Below are positions 17,131 to 25,687 of a stretch of DNA of 32,000 nt, piece by piece (position 1 is the stretch's first letter; the number at the start of each line of letters is the position of its first letter). A model generated the notes under the pieces. It saw only the letters and a program-made list of their open reading frames with translations. It was not told where the DNA came from and did not search any database. The position numbers and the translations under genes were made by a program. The stretch is from Microcystis aeruginosa NIES-2549. GTDB lineage: Bacteria > Cyanobacteriota > Cyanobacteriia > Cyanobacteriales > Microcystaceae. Location of the stretch: NCBI RefSeq assembly GCF_000981785.2, contig NZ_CP011304.1, forward strand, positions 1,890,001 through 1,922,000, written 5' to 3'.

Positions 17131-17259
17131 TTAGCCTAAGACTAGCAAACTTTCTATCTCCCCGCTCAAGTTTTCCCAGTCAACTTGATCAAAGTTTTTT
17201 TGTTTTAACAGAGTGATTGTTTCGTTCAGCCAGCCAACATAATCGGTTTGAATTAGCAT
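17131..17259 (-). pseudogene. DUF29 gene, N-terminal fragment (42 codons, then an out-of-context stop)
   Basis: MLIQTDYVGWLNETITLLKQKNFDQVDWENLSGEIESL is a typical DUF29 N-terminus. It then runs into LVLG* just after the 13-bp junction repeat. Confidence 0.7.
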
Positions 17260-17314
17260 AAAAACCTCTGGATTTTATCGGTTTTAATTTAGATACAAAA
17301 TAACCAATGATTAA

Positions 17315-18127
17315 TTACAATAAACTATCCATTAAAGTGAGAATTTCCGAGATATTTTCGCCCCTAGAATTAGTTTTTAGATGGTTTTCTAAAAGTTCCT
17401 TGAGAGCAACCAGTTTCAGACTATTTTCCGCCAAAGTATTAGCGATCGCAGGAGCAGCCGGCAGATAACCCGTAGCGCCCAAATCCATTAAAGCAGAACG
17501 ACGCAGCTGTAATTCTTCCCCTTGCAAGGCATTAATCAGAATATCGCCATAGTCGGGGTTAGCCGTGAGTTGATAGAGGGCGCGGGCAGCCGCATAACGC
17601 ACTTTTTCGACGAAATGCTTTAAAAACGGTTCAATGAGGGGAATCGCTTCCCTCGCTTGCAGGGTTCCCAAGGCTTCGATAATCGCCTCGTAGGGTTGGA
17701 CTAAATGGGGTTTTCCCGTCACTAAAACGGCCACTTCGATGCCACCCTCTAATAGTTTCTTTAAAGGTGCGATCGCTCTTCGATCCTGAAGCATTTCCAA
17801 TGCCTGGGCAGCCGATTCGCGCACATAATAATCTTCGCAGTCGAGACAGGCAATCAAAGCGGGAACACAACCGAGATCATCTAATTTCCCTAAAGCACTG
17901 GCAGCGTTGCGTCGCAGGGGATAACCGCCGTCAGGAGTGCGATCGCTTTCGTCCTCTAAAGCGGCAATTAACGCCGAAATCGCCTCCGGTTGACGAACAC
18001 GAAATCTACCCAACCACCAAGCGGCATAATAACGCGCTCCTAGGTCTTCTCTTTGCTGGATATTAGCGATCGCTTGTTGAACAGTATAGGCCGGATTATC
18101 GACGGCAGCAGAGTAAGAATCGCTCAT
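17315..18127 (-). CDS. cpcE: Phycocyanobilin lyase subunit CpcE-like (HEAT repeats)
   Basis: ARYYAAWWLGRFRV...DRTPDGGYPLRRNAASALGKLDD...YYVRESAAQALE is the CpcE pattern. The ATG at 18127 is preferred over the track's TTG at 18133. Confidence 0.75.
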   Translation of the reverse strand: MSDSYSAAVDNPAYTVQQAIANIQQREDLGARYYAAWWLGRFRVRQPEAISALIAALEDESDRTPDGGYPLRRNAASALGKLDDLGCVPALIACLDCEDYYVRESAAQALEMLQDRRAIAPLKKLLEGGIEVAVLVTGKPHLVQPYEAIIEALGTLQAREAIPLIEPFLKHFVEKVRYAAARALYQLTANPDYGDILINALQGEELQLRRSALMDLGATGYLPAAPAIANTLAENSLKLVALKELLENHLKTNSRGENISEILTLMDSLL

Positions 18128-18143
18128 AGACAAGTGAAAATGG

Positions 18144-18164
18144 GTGTGGGGTGTGGGGTGTAGG
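18144..18164. repeat. GTGTGGG heptamer, 3 copies
   Basis: gtgtggggtgtggggtgtagg, read directly. Confidence 0.8.
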
Positions 18165-18238
18165 GAAGGAAACCTCTTTCATCTCTGGTGGTGAAAATTT
18201 TTTCATCAGGACTGACTCGGAGAATACTGACGACTGAC

Positions 18239-20014
18239 TCAGTTTTTCATAGTTGCCGCGCCATTGCCAATACCAGAATAAATTAAACCCCGTTGAGCAT
18301 CGAGACTAATGATCACCCCTTCGCGGATAATTTTCGTGGCATCTTTAACCCCGACAATAACAGGAATGCCCAATTTTAAACCGATAGTAGCGGCGTGATT
18401 ATTCATGGAGGTATCCTCGGTGATAATTCCGCCAGCTTTCCGCATCATATCCACATATTCGGCACTGGTGGTGGGAACGACTAAAATCTCCCCATGACTA
18501 AAACTACCCACTTCTCGGGCATTATGGGCCACTCGCGCCCGGCCACTGGCCATACCCTGGCCGATACCTGTACCTTTGCCCAAAAGGGATTTTACCACTT
18601 CCACCTTAATTAAATCCGTGGAACCGGCCACCCCTTGCAGAGTTCCCGCCGTCATCACCACTAAGTCACCATCCGCGAGGAGGTTATTTTCCTGGGCAAG
18701 ATTCATCGCCACTTGAAAAGTTTGGCTGGTGGAGGGTAAATCGAGCAATAACATCGGTTTTACGCCCCAAACTAGCTGTAACTGCTGTGCCACTTCTCGA
18801 TGGGGAGTAACGGCTAAAATCGGGGTTTTGGGGCGAAATCGGGAGACATTACGGGCAGTAGAGCCGGTTTTTGTCAGGGTAATAATTGCCGCTGCCCCCA
18901 ATTGTTCGGCAATTTGACTGACTGCCGAGGAAATAGCGTTAGGAATCGATTGTTTATTGTTAGAGCGAGCGGCACTATTGATCTGTTCCCGTTCGATCCT
19001 TTCGGCAATGCGGGCCATGGTTGCCACCGCTTCGATGGGATAATGACCCACAGCCGTTTCATTGGAAAGCATGACCGCATCAGTGCCATCTAAAATCGCA
19101 TTAGCTACGTCAGAAACCTCGGCGCGGGTGGGACGAGGATTACTGGCCATACTGTCAAGCATTTGAGTGGCGGTGATAATCGGGATGCCTAGCTGATTAG
19201 CGGTATTAATCAGGCGTTTTTGCAGGATTGGCACGTCTTCGGCTGGTAATTCTACTCCTAAATCTCCCCTGGCCACCATAACACCATCACAGAGGGATAA
19301 AATTTCCCCCATTTCCTCGATCGCTTCGTGTTTTTCAATTTTAGCGATCACGGGGATAGATTTACCCGCACTGGCGATTAATTCTTTAATTTCCAGGATA
19401 TCTTGGGGATTACGCACAAAACTAAGGGCAATCCAATCCACATCCCACAGCAGTCCGAACATTAAATCTTTTTTGTCCTTATCGGTTAAAGCTTTTACCG
19501 ACAGATAAACGTTGGGAAAATTTACCCCTTTATTGCTCGATAAGACACCCCCAACCACTACGCGACAGGACAGGTCTCCTTTCAGGCGATCCACTGATTC
19601 CACCCGCATTTCGACTTTACCATCATCGAGGAGAATTCTCGAACCTTCTGGGACTTCTTGAGCAAGAGAGGGATAGCTAATGGAACTTATTTCCTGATTA
19701 CATTCCACATCCCTAGAAGTAAGGATAAAGGGTTCCCCCGGTTTCAGGGTAATCGACCCACAGGCAAATTTACCTAAACGAATTTTTGGACCCTGTAGAT
19801 CCTGAAGGATGCCAATCGGTTGATTGAGTTCAAAGGCTAACTGACGGATCAGGTTAATGCTGTGACGATGGTAATCGTGATCGCCATGGGAAAAGTTTAA
19901 TCTAAATGTTGTCGCCCCCGCCTTGATCATCTGACGTAATGTTTCCTTATTTTGCGAGGCCGGGCCAATCGTGGCCACAATTTTAGTGCGACGGGGGAAA
20001 GACGGAGAGTGCAT
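18239..20014 (-). CDS. pyk: Pyruvate kinase with a C-terminal PEP-utilising-enzyme mobile domain
   Basis: RRTKIVATIGPAS, FRLNFSHG, MVARGDLGVE and MLSNETA motifs, plus a ~100-aa C-terminal extension (GIGQGMASGRARV...GGIITEDTSMNNHAATIGLKLGIPVIVG). The ATG at 20014 (MHSPSFPRRTKIV...) is preferred over the track's TTG-initiated 50-aa extension. Confidence 0.9.
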   Translation of the reverse strand: MHSPSFPRRTKIVATIGPASQNKETLRQMIKAGATTFRLNFSHGDHDYHRHSINLIRQLAFELNQPIGILQDLQGPKIRLGKFACGSITLKPGEPFILTSRDVECNQEISSISYPSLAQEVPEGSRILLDDGKVEMRVESVDRLKGDLSCRVVVGGVLSSNKGVNFPNVYLSVKALTDKDKKDLMFGLLWDVDWIALSFVRNPQDILEIKELIASAGKSIPVIAKIEKHEAIEEMGEILSLCDGVMVARGDLGVELPAEDVPILQKRLINTANQLGIPIITATQMLDSMASNPRPTRAEVSDVANAILDGTDAVMLSNETAVGHYPIEAVATMARIAERIEREQINSAARSNNKQSIPNAISSAVSQIAEQLGAAAIITLTKTGSTARNVSRFRPKTPILAVTPHREVAQQLQLVWGVKPMLLLDLPSTSQTFQVAMNLAQENNLLADGDLVVMTAGTLQGVAGSTDLIKVEVVKSLLGKGTGIGQGMASGRARVAHNAREVGSFSHGEILVVPTTSAEYVDMMRKAGGIITEDTSMNNHAATIGLKLGIPVIVGVKDATKIIREGVIISLDAQRGLIYSGIGNGAATMKN

Positions 20015-20170
20015 AGATAAGCAACTAAATAGGCGAAGTAAATATAGCAGCGTTTGGGACGCTCCGATCATCTTCTCATAAATGGTTATATCCAGTGAAA
20101 AGTTAAAAGTAAAAAAACGGTGAGATCTACAAATCCCACCGTTCTTATTGATCAGGTCGGTCAAATCAGC

Positions 20171-21865
20171 TTAGAAGCGGAAAGTCGTCCGGAGGACACC
20201 GACAAAAATGGTGTCGTCATTACGGTTGTTAGCGTTGAAGATCGCATAGGCACCAGGCGTAATCAGGATGTTTTTGGTGACTGGGAACTTATACTGAGCT
20301 TCCACCATGTAGGAAGTGCCATCTTCCTTATCGGAACGGGGTACTTGACCGCCACCGATGGACAAGGCCGCACCTTCGGCAAAGAGATCGAGGACAGAAA
20401 GATTAAGGTTCCAAGACCAGATACCAGTGTTATTGTCTCCGATCGCAGCATTAACTCCCGTGGCCGAGGCATCAGCATAACCACCCCAGGCCGCTATATT
20501 TAAGACTCCTGGGATAACCTGGGCGCTACCCTGCAAACCGAAACGGTTAGCAGTAGTACCAACGTTACCAAAGGGACGCTCGGTGAGAGGGCTGCTGACG
20601 TTACCGAATAAACCAGAACTCATACTGGCTGCAGTTTGATAACTGTGAACGTAAACGAAGTTAATATCGGCAAATTTGATGAAGGAGAAACCTACTTGCG
20701 CGCCAGTACTGTAGGAACCATTAAATAAACCGCTACCCTCATTAGGATTGCTGGCTCCGTTAACCCCACCCTCGGCTAGGTAGGTTCCCGTAACTTGGAA
20801 AACATCGCCAATGTTGAATCTGACCCCAGCACCAACACCCGAAGGACCCCGGAAAACGATGTTATTGTAGCGTTGACCGCGAGATAAAGCACCTGTACCG
20901 CTATCGGCGAGGAAGGGGTTAGCAGTGATGAAAACGTCATCAAGGTTAAGGGCGTTAGCACCAACCCAAACGGTGATGTTACCGAAGGGAGTGCCGATGG
21001 GAGCGCGGTAGAACAAGTCATCGATGGTTACGTCATTGTCCCGGCCATCATCGTATGCCAGACGGGTCATGTTCGTTCTCGTCGGACCGTTTTGGTTGAA
21101 GGTAGAACCAAAGTTACCCGCTTGTAAACGGGTTCTTAACATATCTTTACCAGTGAAGCTGGTTTCAAAGTTGAGTCGTACCCGATTATTAAACACGGCT
21201 TGGGTTTGATCTTGATTGCTGCCATCAGTCACCGTACCGTTGGTATTGGTAATGGAAGGCTGATCACCCCAGCTATCGGCAATACTGAAGATTACCTCAC
21301 CTCTGAGTTTGGTAGTGGTGGAAAATTGATTATTTTCCAAGAAAGCAACCCGCTGTTCCAGGTTATCTACTCTAGCTCCTAAGGCCGCTAGTTCGGTTTC
21401 AAATTCTTTAACAAGACGTTTTAATTTATCGATGTCTTCTCTGAGTACAGCGATACCATCTTGAATTAAACGTTCCATGACGTTTAAACAAGCGTTTAAA
21501 CCGGCGGCAAATTCCCAACGAGTGGTGGCCCGATCACCACGGAAGGTCCGGTCGGGATAACCAACGATACAACCGTAACGTTCTACAAGGCTTCTTAATG
21601 CTTCGTAGGCCCAAGCGGTGGGAGATACGTCCCGCAGTTGGTTAACGCTAGTCACCTGAGACATGGAACCCTGATAGACACCTGTATTGATCTGCTGACT
21701 ACTTTGGGCGCGTTGAAGGCGATCGAGTTGTTGTTGCGCTACTGGATCAACCTTAAGTTGAGGTGTACCGGACATAGTTTGAGCTACGGCACCACCTGCA
21801 GCGGCCAGGGAAGCACCTAATACTAAAGGAGTTACCTTGACTAAATTCTTGAATATTTTTGACAT
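20171..21865 (-). CDS. Outer-membrane porin with an N-terminal SLH domain and an OprB-type beta-barrel (SomA/Slr1841-like)
   Basis: Signal peptide; SLH segment VSPTAWAYEALRSLVERYGCIVGYPDRTFRGDRATTRWEFAAGLNACL; a coiled-coil linker; a long beta-barrel ending in ...GVLRTTFRF. Confidence 0.88.
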   Translation of the reverse strand: MSKIFKNLVKVTPLVLGASLAAAGGAVAQTMSGTPQLKVDPVAQQQLDRLQRAQSSQQINTGVYQGSMSQVTSVNQLRDVSPTAWAYEALRSLVERYGCIVGYPDRTFRGDRATTRWEFAAGLNACLNVMERLIQDGIAVLREDIDKLKRLVKEFETELAALGARVDNLEQRVAFLENNQFSTTTKLRGEVIFSIADSWGDQPSITNTNGTVTDGSNQDQTQAVFNNRVRLNFETSFTGKDMLRTRLQAGNFGSTFNQNGPTRTNMTRLAYDDGRDNDVTIDDLFYRAPIGTPFGNITVWVGANALNLDDVFITANPFLADSGTGALSRGQRYNNIVFRGPSGVGAGVRFNIGDVFQVTGTYLAEGGVNGASNPNEGSGLFNGSYSTGAQVGFSFIKFADINFVYVHSYQTAASMSSGLFGNVSSPLTERPFGNVGTTANRFGLQGSAQVIPGVLNIAAWGGYADASATGVNAAIGDNNTGIWSWNLNLSVLDLFAEGAALSIGGGQVPRSDKEDGTSYMVEAQYKFPVTKNILITPGAYAIFNANNRNDDTIFVGVLRTTFRF

Positions 21866-21872
21866 GGGTCAA

Positions 21873-21881
21873 TCCTCACAC
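21873..21881 (-). promoter_or_regulatory. Porin leader: Shine-Dalgarno region with complementarity to the conserved Yfr1 loop
   Basis: The mRNA reads 5'-AAGGUGUGAGGAUUGACCC-AUG. GUGUGAGGA is a 9-nt perfect complement of UCCUCACAC within the conserved Yfr1 motif ACUCCUCACAC. Confidence 0.3.
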
Positions 21882-22220
21882 CTTATTCTATGGATTGAAT
21901 GAACTATGGATACAAGCAGACTATTTACATACATAGCCTGAATTATACTCACATTCTATGCTAATTCCCTCTTGCCTAGGTTAAGTTAACTTTATGGTAT
22001 GACAGAAAAATTTCTGTCTCATCTTATTAGAATTGGAACTTACGCACTTTACAAATTAACCACGGTGTGCATGAATGAAAATCCGTCGTTTCAGAAGCGA
22101 TCGCTCAAAAGCCATCAAGAAATCATATTAAAATGCCCGAAACCCATGCCCCACATTTAGTCAATCCCGTCAATGGGTAATCTCTAAAGATTTTGTTAAG
22201 ATATTGGCCGTCAGCCTTTT

Positions 22221-22251
22221 CAGTGATCAGTGATCAGTGATCAGTTATCAG
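22221..22251. repeat. Heptamer array (CAGTGAT, the reverse complement of the CTGATCA type)
   Basis: cagtgatcagtgatcagtgatcagttatcag, read directly. Confidence 0.85.
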
Positions 22252-22516
22252 ATGTGAGTTTTCAGTTCACTGATTACTGTTTACTGTTCACTGATAAAAT
22301 CTCGCCACTTCCCTAACAACAGTTGTTTAAATTAGGCTCGATCGAGTAAGTTAGAATCGAGGATGATAGATATAGTGCCAGACTTCGGGGTTAGGATATA
22401 GCTCGACTCTAGAAGTTAAAAACAGCAAGATTGCTGCCGAAAGCTGACGGCTAATGGCTAACCGCTATAGATAAAGACTCGATTCTTGAATTTAAGCACC
22501 GAGAAGGGAGATAAAG

Positions 22517-23332
22517 ATGGTCAATTTTGGGCTGAATTCGGCCAGTATCTTAGGAATTTTTCTGGCAGTGGCCGGAGCCGGGTTATACTTCCTGCGCTCG
22601 GTGCGGCCGGAACTTTCCAGGGATCATGATATATTTTTTGCCGCCGTTGGGTTACTGTGCGGTTTAATTCTACTTTTTCAAGGATGGCGACTGGATCCGA
22701 TTTTGCAATTCGGGCAATTTTTGCTGACCGGGGCAGCGGTGTTTTTTGCCTTCGAGACGGTAAAATTGCGGGGTTTAACCACGGAACAGGCCCGCCGCGG
22801 CACGTCTTTTGTGGATGAACGTCCTGTGAGTCGGGAATATCGGGCCGAATTGGAACCCCTCGACACCTACGAACCGGAGGAACGTTACGAAGATAATCCC
22901 CGTTTACGCGGTTACGAGGATCCCCGCTCTTCCCGCACTTCTAGTTATCAGGACGAGGAACCCCGCAGCACCCGCACCCGTCGGCCGGCCGATACTGGCA
23001 GTCGCAAAACGGCTAATCGTCGTCCCCGCAATAGTTCCCCCACTAGCGATCGAGATGTTTATGATCAGCGCCGTAGCGGTGATGATTGGGAAGAAACCAG
23101 TCCCCGTCCCCGTCGTCGTCCCGCTAGTGAAGAGACGAGCAGTAAACCTCCCCGCAGTAGCCAAAAACGTCGTACTCGCCCAATAATTGAGGATGATCCC
23201 CCATTTAAAGGGGAATACGTCGATTATCAACCGATCGATCCTAGCGGTACGAGTGATCGAGAAGATTGGGAGAGACCGGATAATAGTGAACGGGAGTCGA
23301 GTAATGATAATCCGACTAGGTTTGACTATTAA
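22517..23332 (+). CDS. ycf66: Ycf66-family membrane protein with a long charged low-complexity tail
   Basis: The N-terminal ~90 aa, MVNFGLNSASILGIFLAVAGAGLYFLRSVRPELSRDHDIFFAAVGLLCGLILLFQGWRLDPILQFGQ, match Ycf66. The remaining ~180 aa are rich in R/P/S/D/E. Confidence 0.75.
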   Translation: MVNFGLNSASILGIFLAVAGAGLYFLRSVRPELSRDHDIFFAAVGLLCGLILLFQGWRLDPILQFGQFLLTGAAVFFAFETVKLRGLTTEQARRGTSFVDERPVSREYRAELEPLDTYEPEERYEDNPRLRGYEDPRSSRTSSYQDEEPRSTRTRRPADTGSRKTANRRPRNSSPTSDRDVYDQRRSGDDWEETSPRPRRRPASEETSSKPPRSSQKRRTRPIIEDDPPFKGEYVDYQPIDPSGTSDREDWERPDNSERESSNDNPTRFDY

Positions 23333-23344
23333 GGAGTAGGTCCG

Positions 23345-23881
23345 ATGACCAAATCTCCCTTTTTGCTGTTTATCTGCTTGTTTTTAGGGGTTATAGGCGG
23401 TTGTAATCTCAATAACCCCGGTTTATCTACAGGAACCCTAAATAGTCGCTATAATGACGAAAAACCTGCCCTGAGCGGTGATGGTCGTTGGCTTGCTTTG
23501 CTGTCTAATCGTCGCGGTACTAATCAGATTCTGCTGTATGATTTGCAGACAAAACAATACCAGGCCCTGGGGGGATTATATACGGGTCAAGAAATTACCG
23601 ATAGCCCTAGTTTAAGCCAAACGGGGCGTTATCTGGCTTATATGGTGATTATTGAAGGTCGTCCCGTCATCGCTTTATACGATCGCATTACCGATCGTTC
23701 TGAGTTATTGAGTCAAAATTATCGCGGTTGGTTGCGAAATCCCCGTCTTAGTCCCGATGGTCGTTATCTTGTCTTTGAGTCCGCTCGTCGGGGACAATGG
23801 GATGTGGAGGTTCTCGATCGCGGTCCGAATATCGAGTTAGATATTGCCGATGGCAGTCCCGTTGACAGTCCCAAACCGTGA
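23345..23881 (+). CDS. Lipoprotein with TolB-like PD40 beta-propeller repeats
   Basis: Lipobox VIGG-C, and repeated xxPxLSxDGRxLAxxSxRxGxxxIxLYD units. Confidence 0.7.
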   Translation: MTKSPFLLFICLFLGVIGGCNLNNPGLSTGTLNSRYNDEKPALSGDGRWLALLSNRRGTNQILLYDLQTKQYQALGGLYTGQEITDSPSLSQTGRYLAYMVIIEGRPVIALYDRITDRSELLSQNYRGWLRNPRLSPDGRYLVFESARRGQWDVEVLDRGPNIELDIADGSPVDSPKP

Positions 23882-24396
23882 AACGTCATTTTTTTATTAG
23901 TCTTGTTGCCGTAATTAGTTTGTTAACTGGATGTGCGGGTTATCCCAGTTTATTGTCTTTTCCTTTCGATCGAGGGGGGAGAAGTTTAAACAGCGCTGCT
24001 AGTGAATTAACTCCCTATCTTGCCTCTCGCTATCTCGTTTTTGCTTCCGATCGCAATGGTTCCCAAGCTATCTATCTTTTTGATGCCATCGATCGCCGTT
24101 TACTGCCTTTACCCGGCCTAAATTCTCTCGATCAGATCGCTTCTAGTCCTTCCATTAGTGAAGATGGTCGTTATATCGTTTTTACTGCCAGTCGTCAGGG
24201 AAAAACGGCTATTTATCTGTACGATCGACAAACTCAACAGAGAAGGGAAATTGCTCCCGATCTGCTCGCGGAAGTACGCAATCCGATCATCAGTGCCGAT
24301 GGTTCTAAAGTGGCTTTTGAAGCGGCAAAAAATGGGCAATGGGATATTATGATTTACGATCTATCTGGACGGGTATTAGTCAATGAAAATCAGTGA
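23878..24396 (+). CDS. Lipoprotein with TolB-like PD40 repeats, a paralogue of the preceding gene
   Basis: The GTG start overlaps the upstream stop (GTGA). Lipobox LLTG-C, and the same PD40-type repeats (SPSISEDGRYIVFTASRQGKTAIYLYD). Confidence 0.7.
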   Translation: MKRHFFISLVAVISLLTGCAGYPSLLSFPFDRGGRSLNSAASELTPYLASRYLVFASDRNGSQAIYLFDAIDRRLLPLPGLNSLDQIASSPSISEDGRYIVFTASRQGKTAIYLYDRQTQQRREIAPDLLAEVRNPIISADGSKVAFEAAKNGQWDIMIYDLSGRVLVNENQ

Positions 24397-24436
24397 TTAT
24401 TATCACCGCCACCGGGAAGAACTTTTTTAGCAAACC

Positions 24437-25534
24437 CTATCTTAAACCCATAGCTTTTAGTCGATGTTCTAGAAACTGTTTTCCCTGTTTTTCGCCGTCA
24501 GCGATCAGACGCTGGATATTGGCGGGAGAGCGATCGAGTTTACTTTCATAGTTGAGACTATTGGCTAATTCCGCCGACATTTCGATCATCGGGATATGGT
24601 AATCTTGATCGGGATCTTCTGGGAAAGATTTAGGAATTTTAAATGGTTCTGTTAAGGCAATCTCCCGCAAGAATTCCTCTTTAAAGGCTCCTTTAAGAAA
24701 TAATTGATTGAGAAAATCAATCTGATCGAGACCTTGAAATAGGGAAACATTGCCTTCTAATTCATTGCGGCGATCGGCAATATCATCGGATTGCACGGGG
24801 ATCTTATCTCTAGAGGTGGGATTAATTTTAATTACCCAAATTTCATCGGGAATATTTTCGACTCCGACAAATTCACTGCGAATTAAAGAACGGATGGGGG
24901 GATTATCAGAAAATAGTCCATCCCAGTAGGCCATAGTTTCAATGGTGACAGCAGGAAAAATGTTAGGAACACAGGCAGAAGCTAGGATATGTTCAATTTT
25001 AACTGCTTCCTGGCGCGAGTTAAATTTACTTAACTTTCCTGTGAGGACATTACAGGCCCCCATTAATAAAATTGGTGGTTCTGGTTTAGCTCCCCAAGTG
25101 GCTAATTCCGAGAAATCAATATGCGCTCTTAGTAACTGATCAAAGTTGGTAAAGCGACTGCGTAAACCGTAGGTAGCTAGGGAAAATAAGGTTTTAGTAA
25201 TCGGAGAGTAAGGACTGAGATTATACTGGGGAATTAATCCTTTGCTGGCTAATTCTAGAGCTTTAATAGCTGAGTCATTAAATAGCTTTTCTTGGGGAGT
25301 TCGAGCGCTATTATCTTCCCAAAAATCAATCATTCTTTTCCAAACGATGCTATCACCTTTTTTGAGAGCATACCAGATGAAAAAGGCACAGATAGCACCG
25401 CCAGAAGTACCACTGAGACTGACAATATTAAAGTAATCTTGCACTTTATTGTCAAATAATGCTTTTAATGCACCAGCAGTAAAAGCAGTTTGACTGCCGC
25501 CTCCCTGACAAGCGATGGCGATTTTGGCTTTCAT
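24437..25534 (-). CDS. Patatin-like phospholipase
   Basis: Oxyanion GGGSQTAF, nucleophile elbow GTSGG, and the catalytic Asp context WDGLFSDNPP. Confidence 0.85.
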   Translation of the reverse strand: MKAKIAIACQGGGSQTAFTAGALKALFDNKVQDYFNIVSLSGTSGGAICAFFIWYALKKGDSIVWKRMIDFWEDNSARTPQEKLFNDSAIKALELASKGLIPQYNLSPYSPITKTLFSLATYGLRSRFTNFDQLLRAHIDFSELATWGAKPEPPILLMGACNVLTGKLSKFNSRQEAVKIEHILASACVPNIFPAVTIETMAYWDGLFSDNPPIRSLIRSEFVGVENIPDEIWVIKINPTSRDKIPVQSDDIADRRNELEGNVSLFQGLDQIDFLNQLFLKGAFKEEFLREIALTEPFKIPKSFPEDPDQDYHIPMIEMSAELANSLNYESKLDRSPANIQRLIADGEKQGKQFLEHRLKAMGLR

Positions 25535-25625
25535 AAATATCCTTTGAATGGCTTATATCTAAGCCCTAAGTAGGGAGGCACAATTATTTGTAGGATGGTT
25601 TAGCGGTAGCGTAAACTATGCGGGC

Positions 25626-25677
25626 GTTGGGTTTCATGCTTCAACCGTTCGGCAAAAGCTCACGGCCGAAGCCCAAC
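25626..25677. repeat. MITE-like nested hairpin element
   Basis: GTTGGGTTTC...GAAGCCCAAC forms the outer arms and TTCGGC...GCCGAA the inner arms. Confidence 0.55.
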
Positions 25678-25687
25678 CTACGTTCAT

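Noticed and set aside
14186-17314. The possibility that the XRE gene plus the downstream ORF is a toxin-antitoxin pair and not part of an R-M system
   Set aside because: The partner ORF carries a PD-ExK motif, would be ~305 aa if read through, and faces a convergent DNA MTase gene. This is the classic C-R / M layout.
17631-18066. Track ORFs 17631..17870(-) and 17767..18066(+) inside cpcE
   Set aside because: They are alternative-frame or antisense shadows of a well-supported HEAT-repeat gene and have R/S/P-rich nonsense composition.
20015-20164. A 50-aa N-terminal extension of pyruvate kinase in the track ORF
   Set aside because: It starts at a TTG and the sequence is not protein-like. The canonical Pyk N-terminus (RRTKIVATIGPAS) follows the ATG at 20014.
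20120-21820. Several 60-127-aa ORFs overlapping the porin gene on both strands
   Set aside because: They are shadow ORFs within a 564-aa gene that has clear SLH and OprB features.
22678-23230. Antisense ORFs 22678..22866(-) and 22904..23230(-) in ycf66
   Set aside because: They are produced by the GC-rich, codon-repetitive region encoding the charged tail. There is no independent support for them.
24437-25534. The patatin-like lipase as a possible CBASS-type or other defence effector
   Set aside because: No cyclase, sensor or other defence partner is adjacent. The gene is flanked by convergent lipoprotein genes and glgC, so it is treated as a stand-alone lipase.
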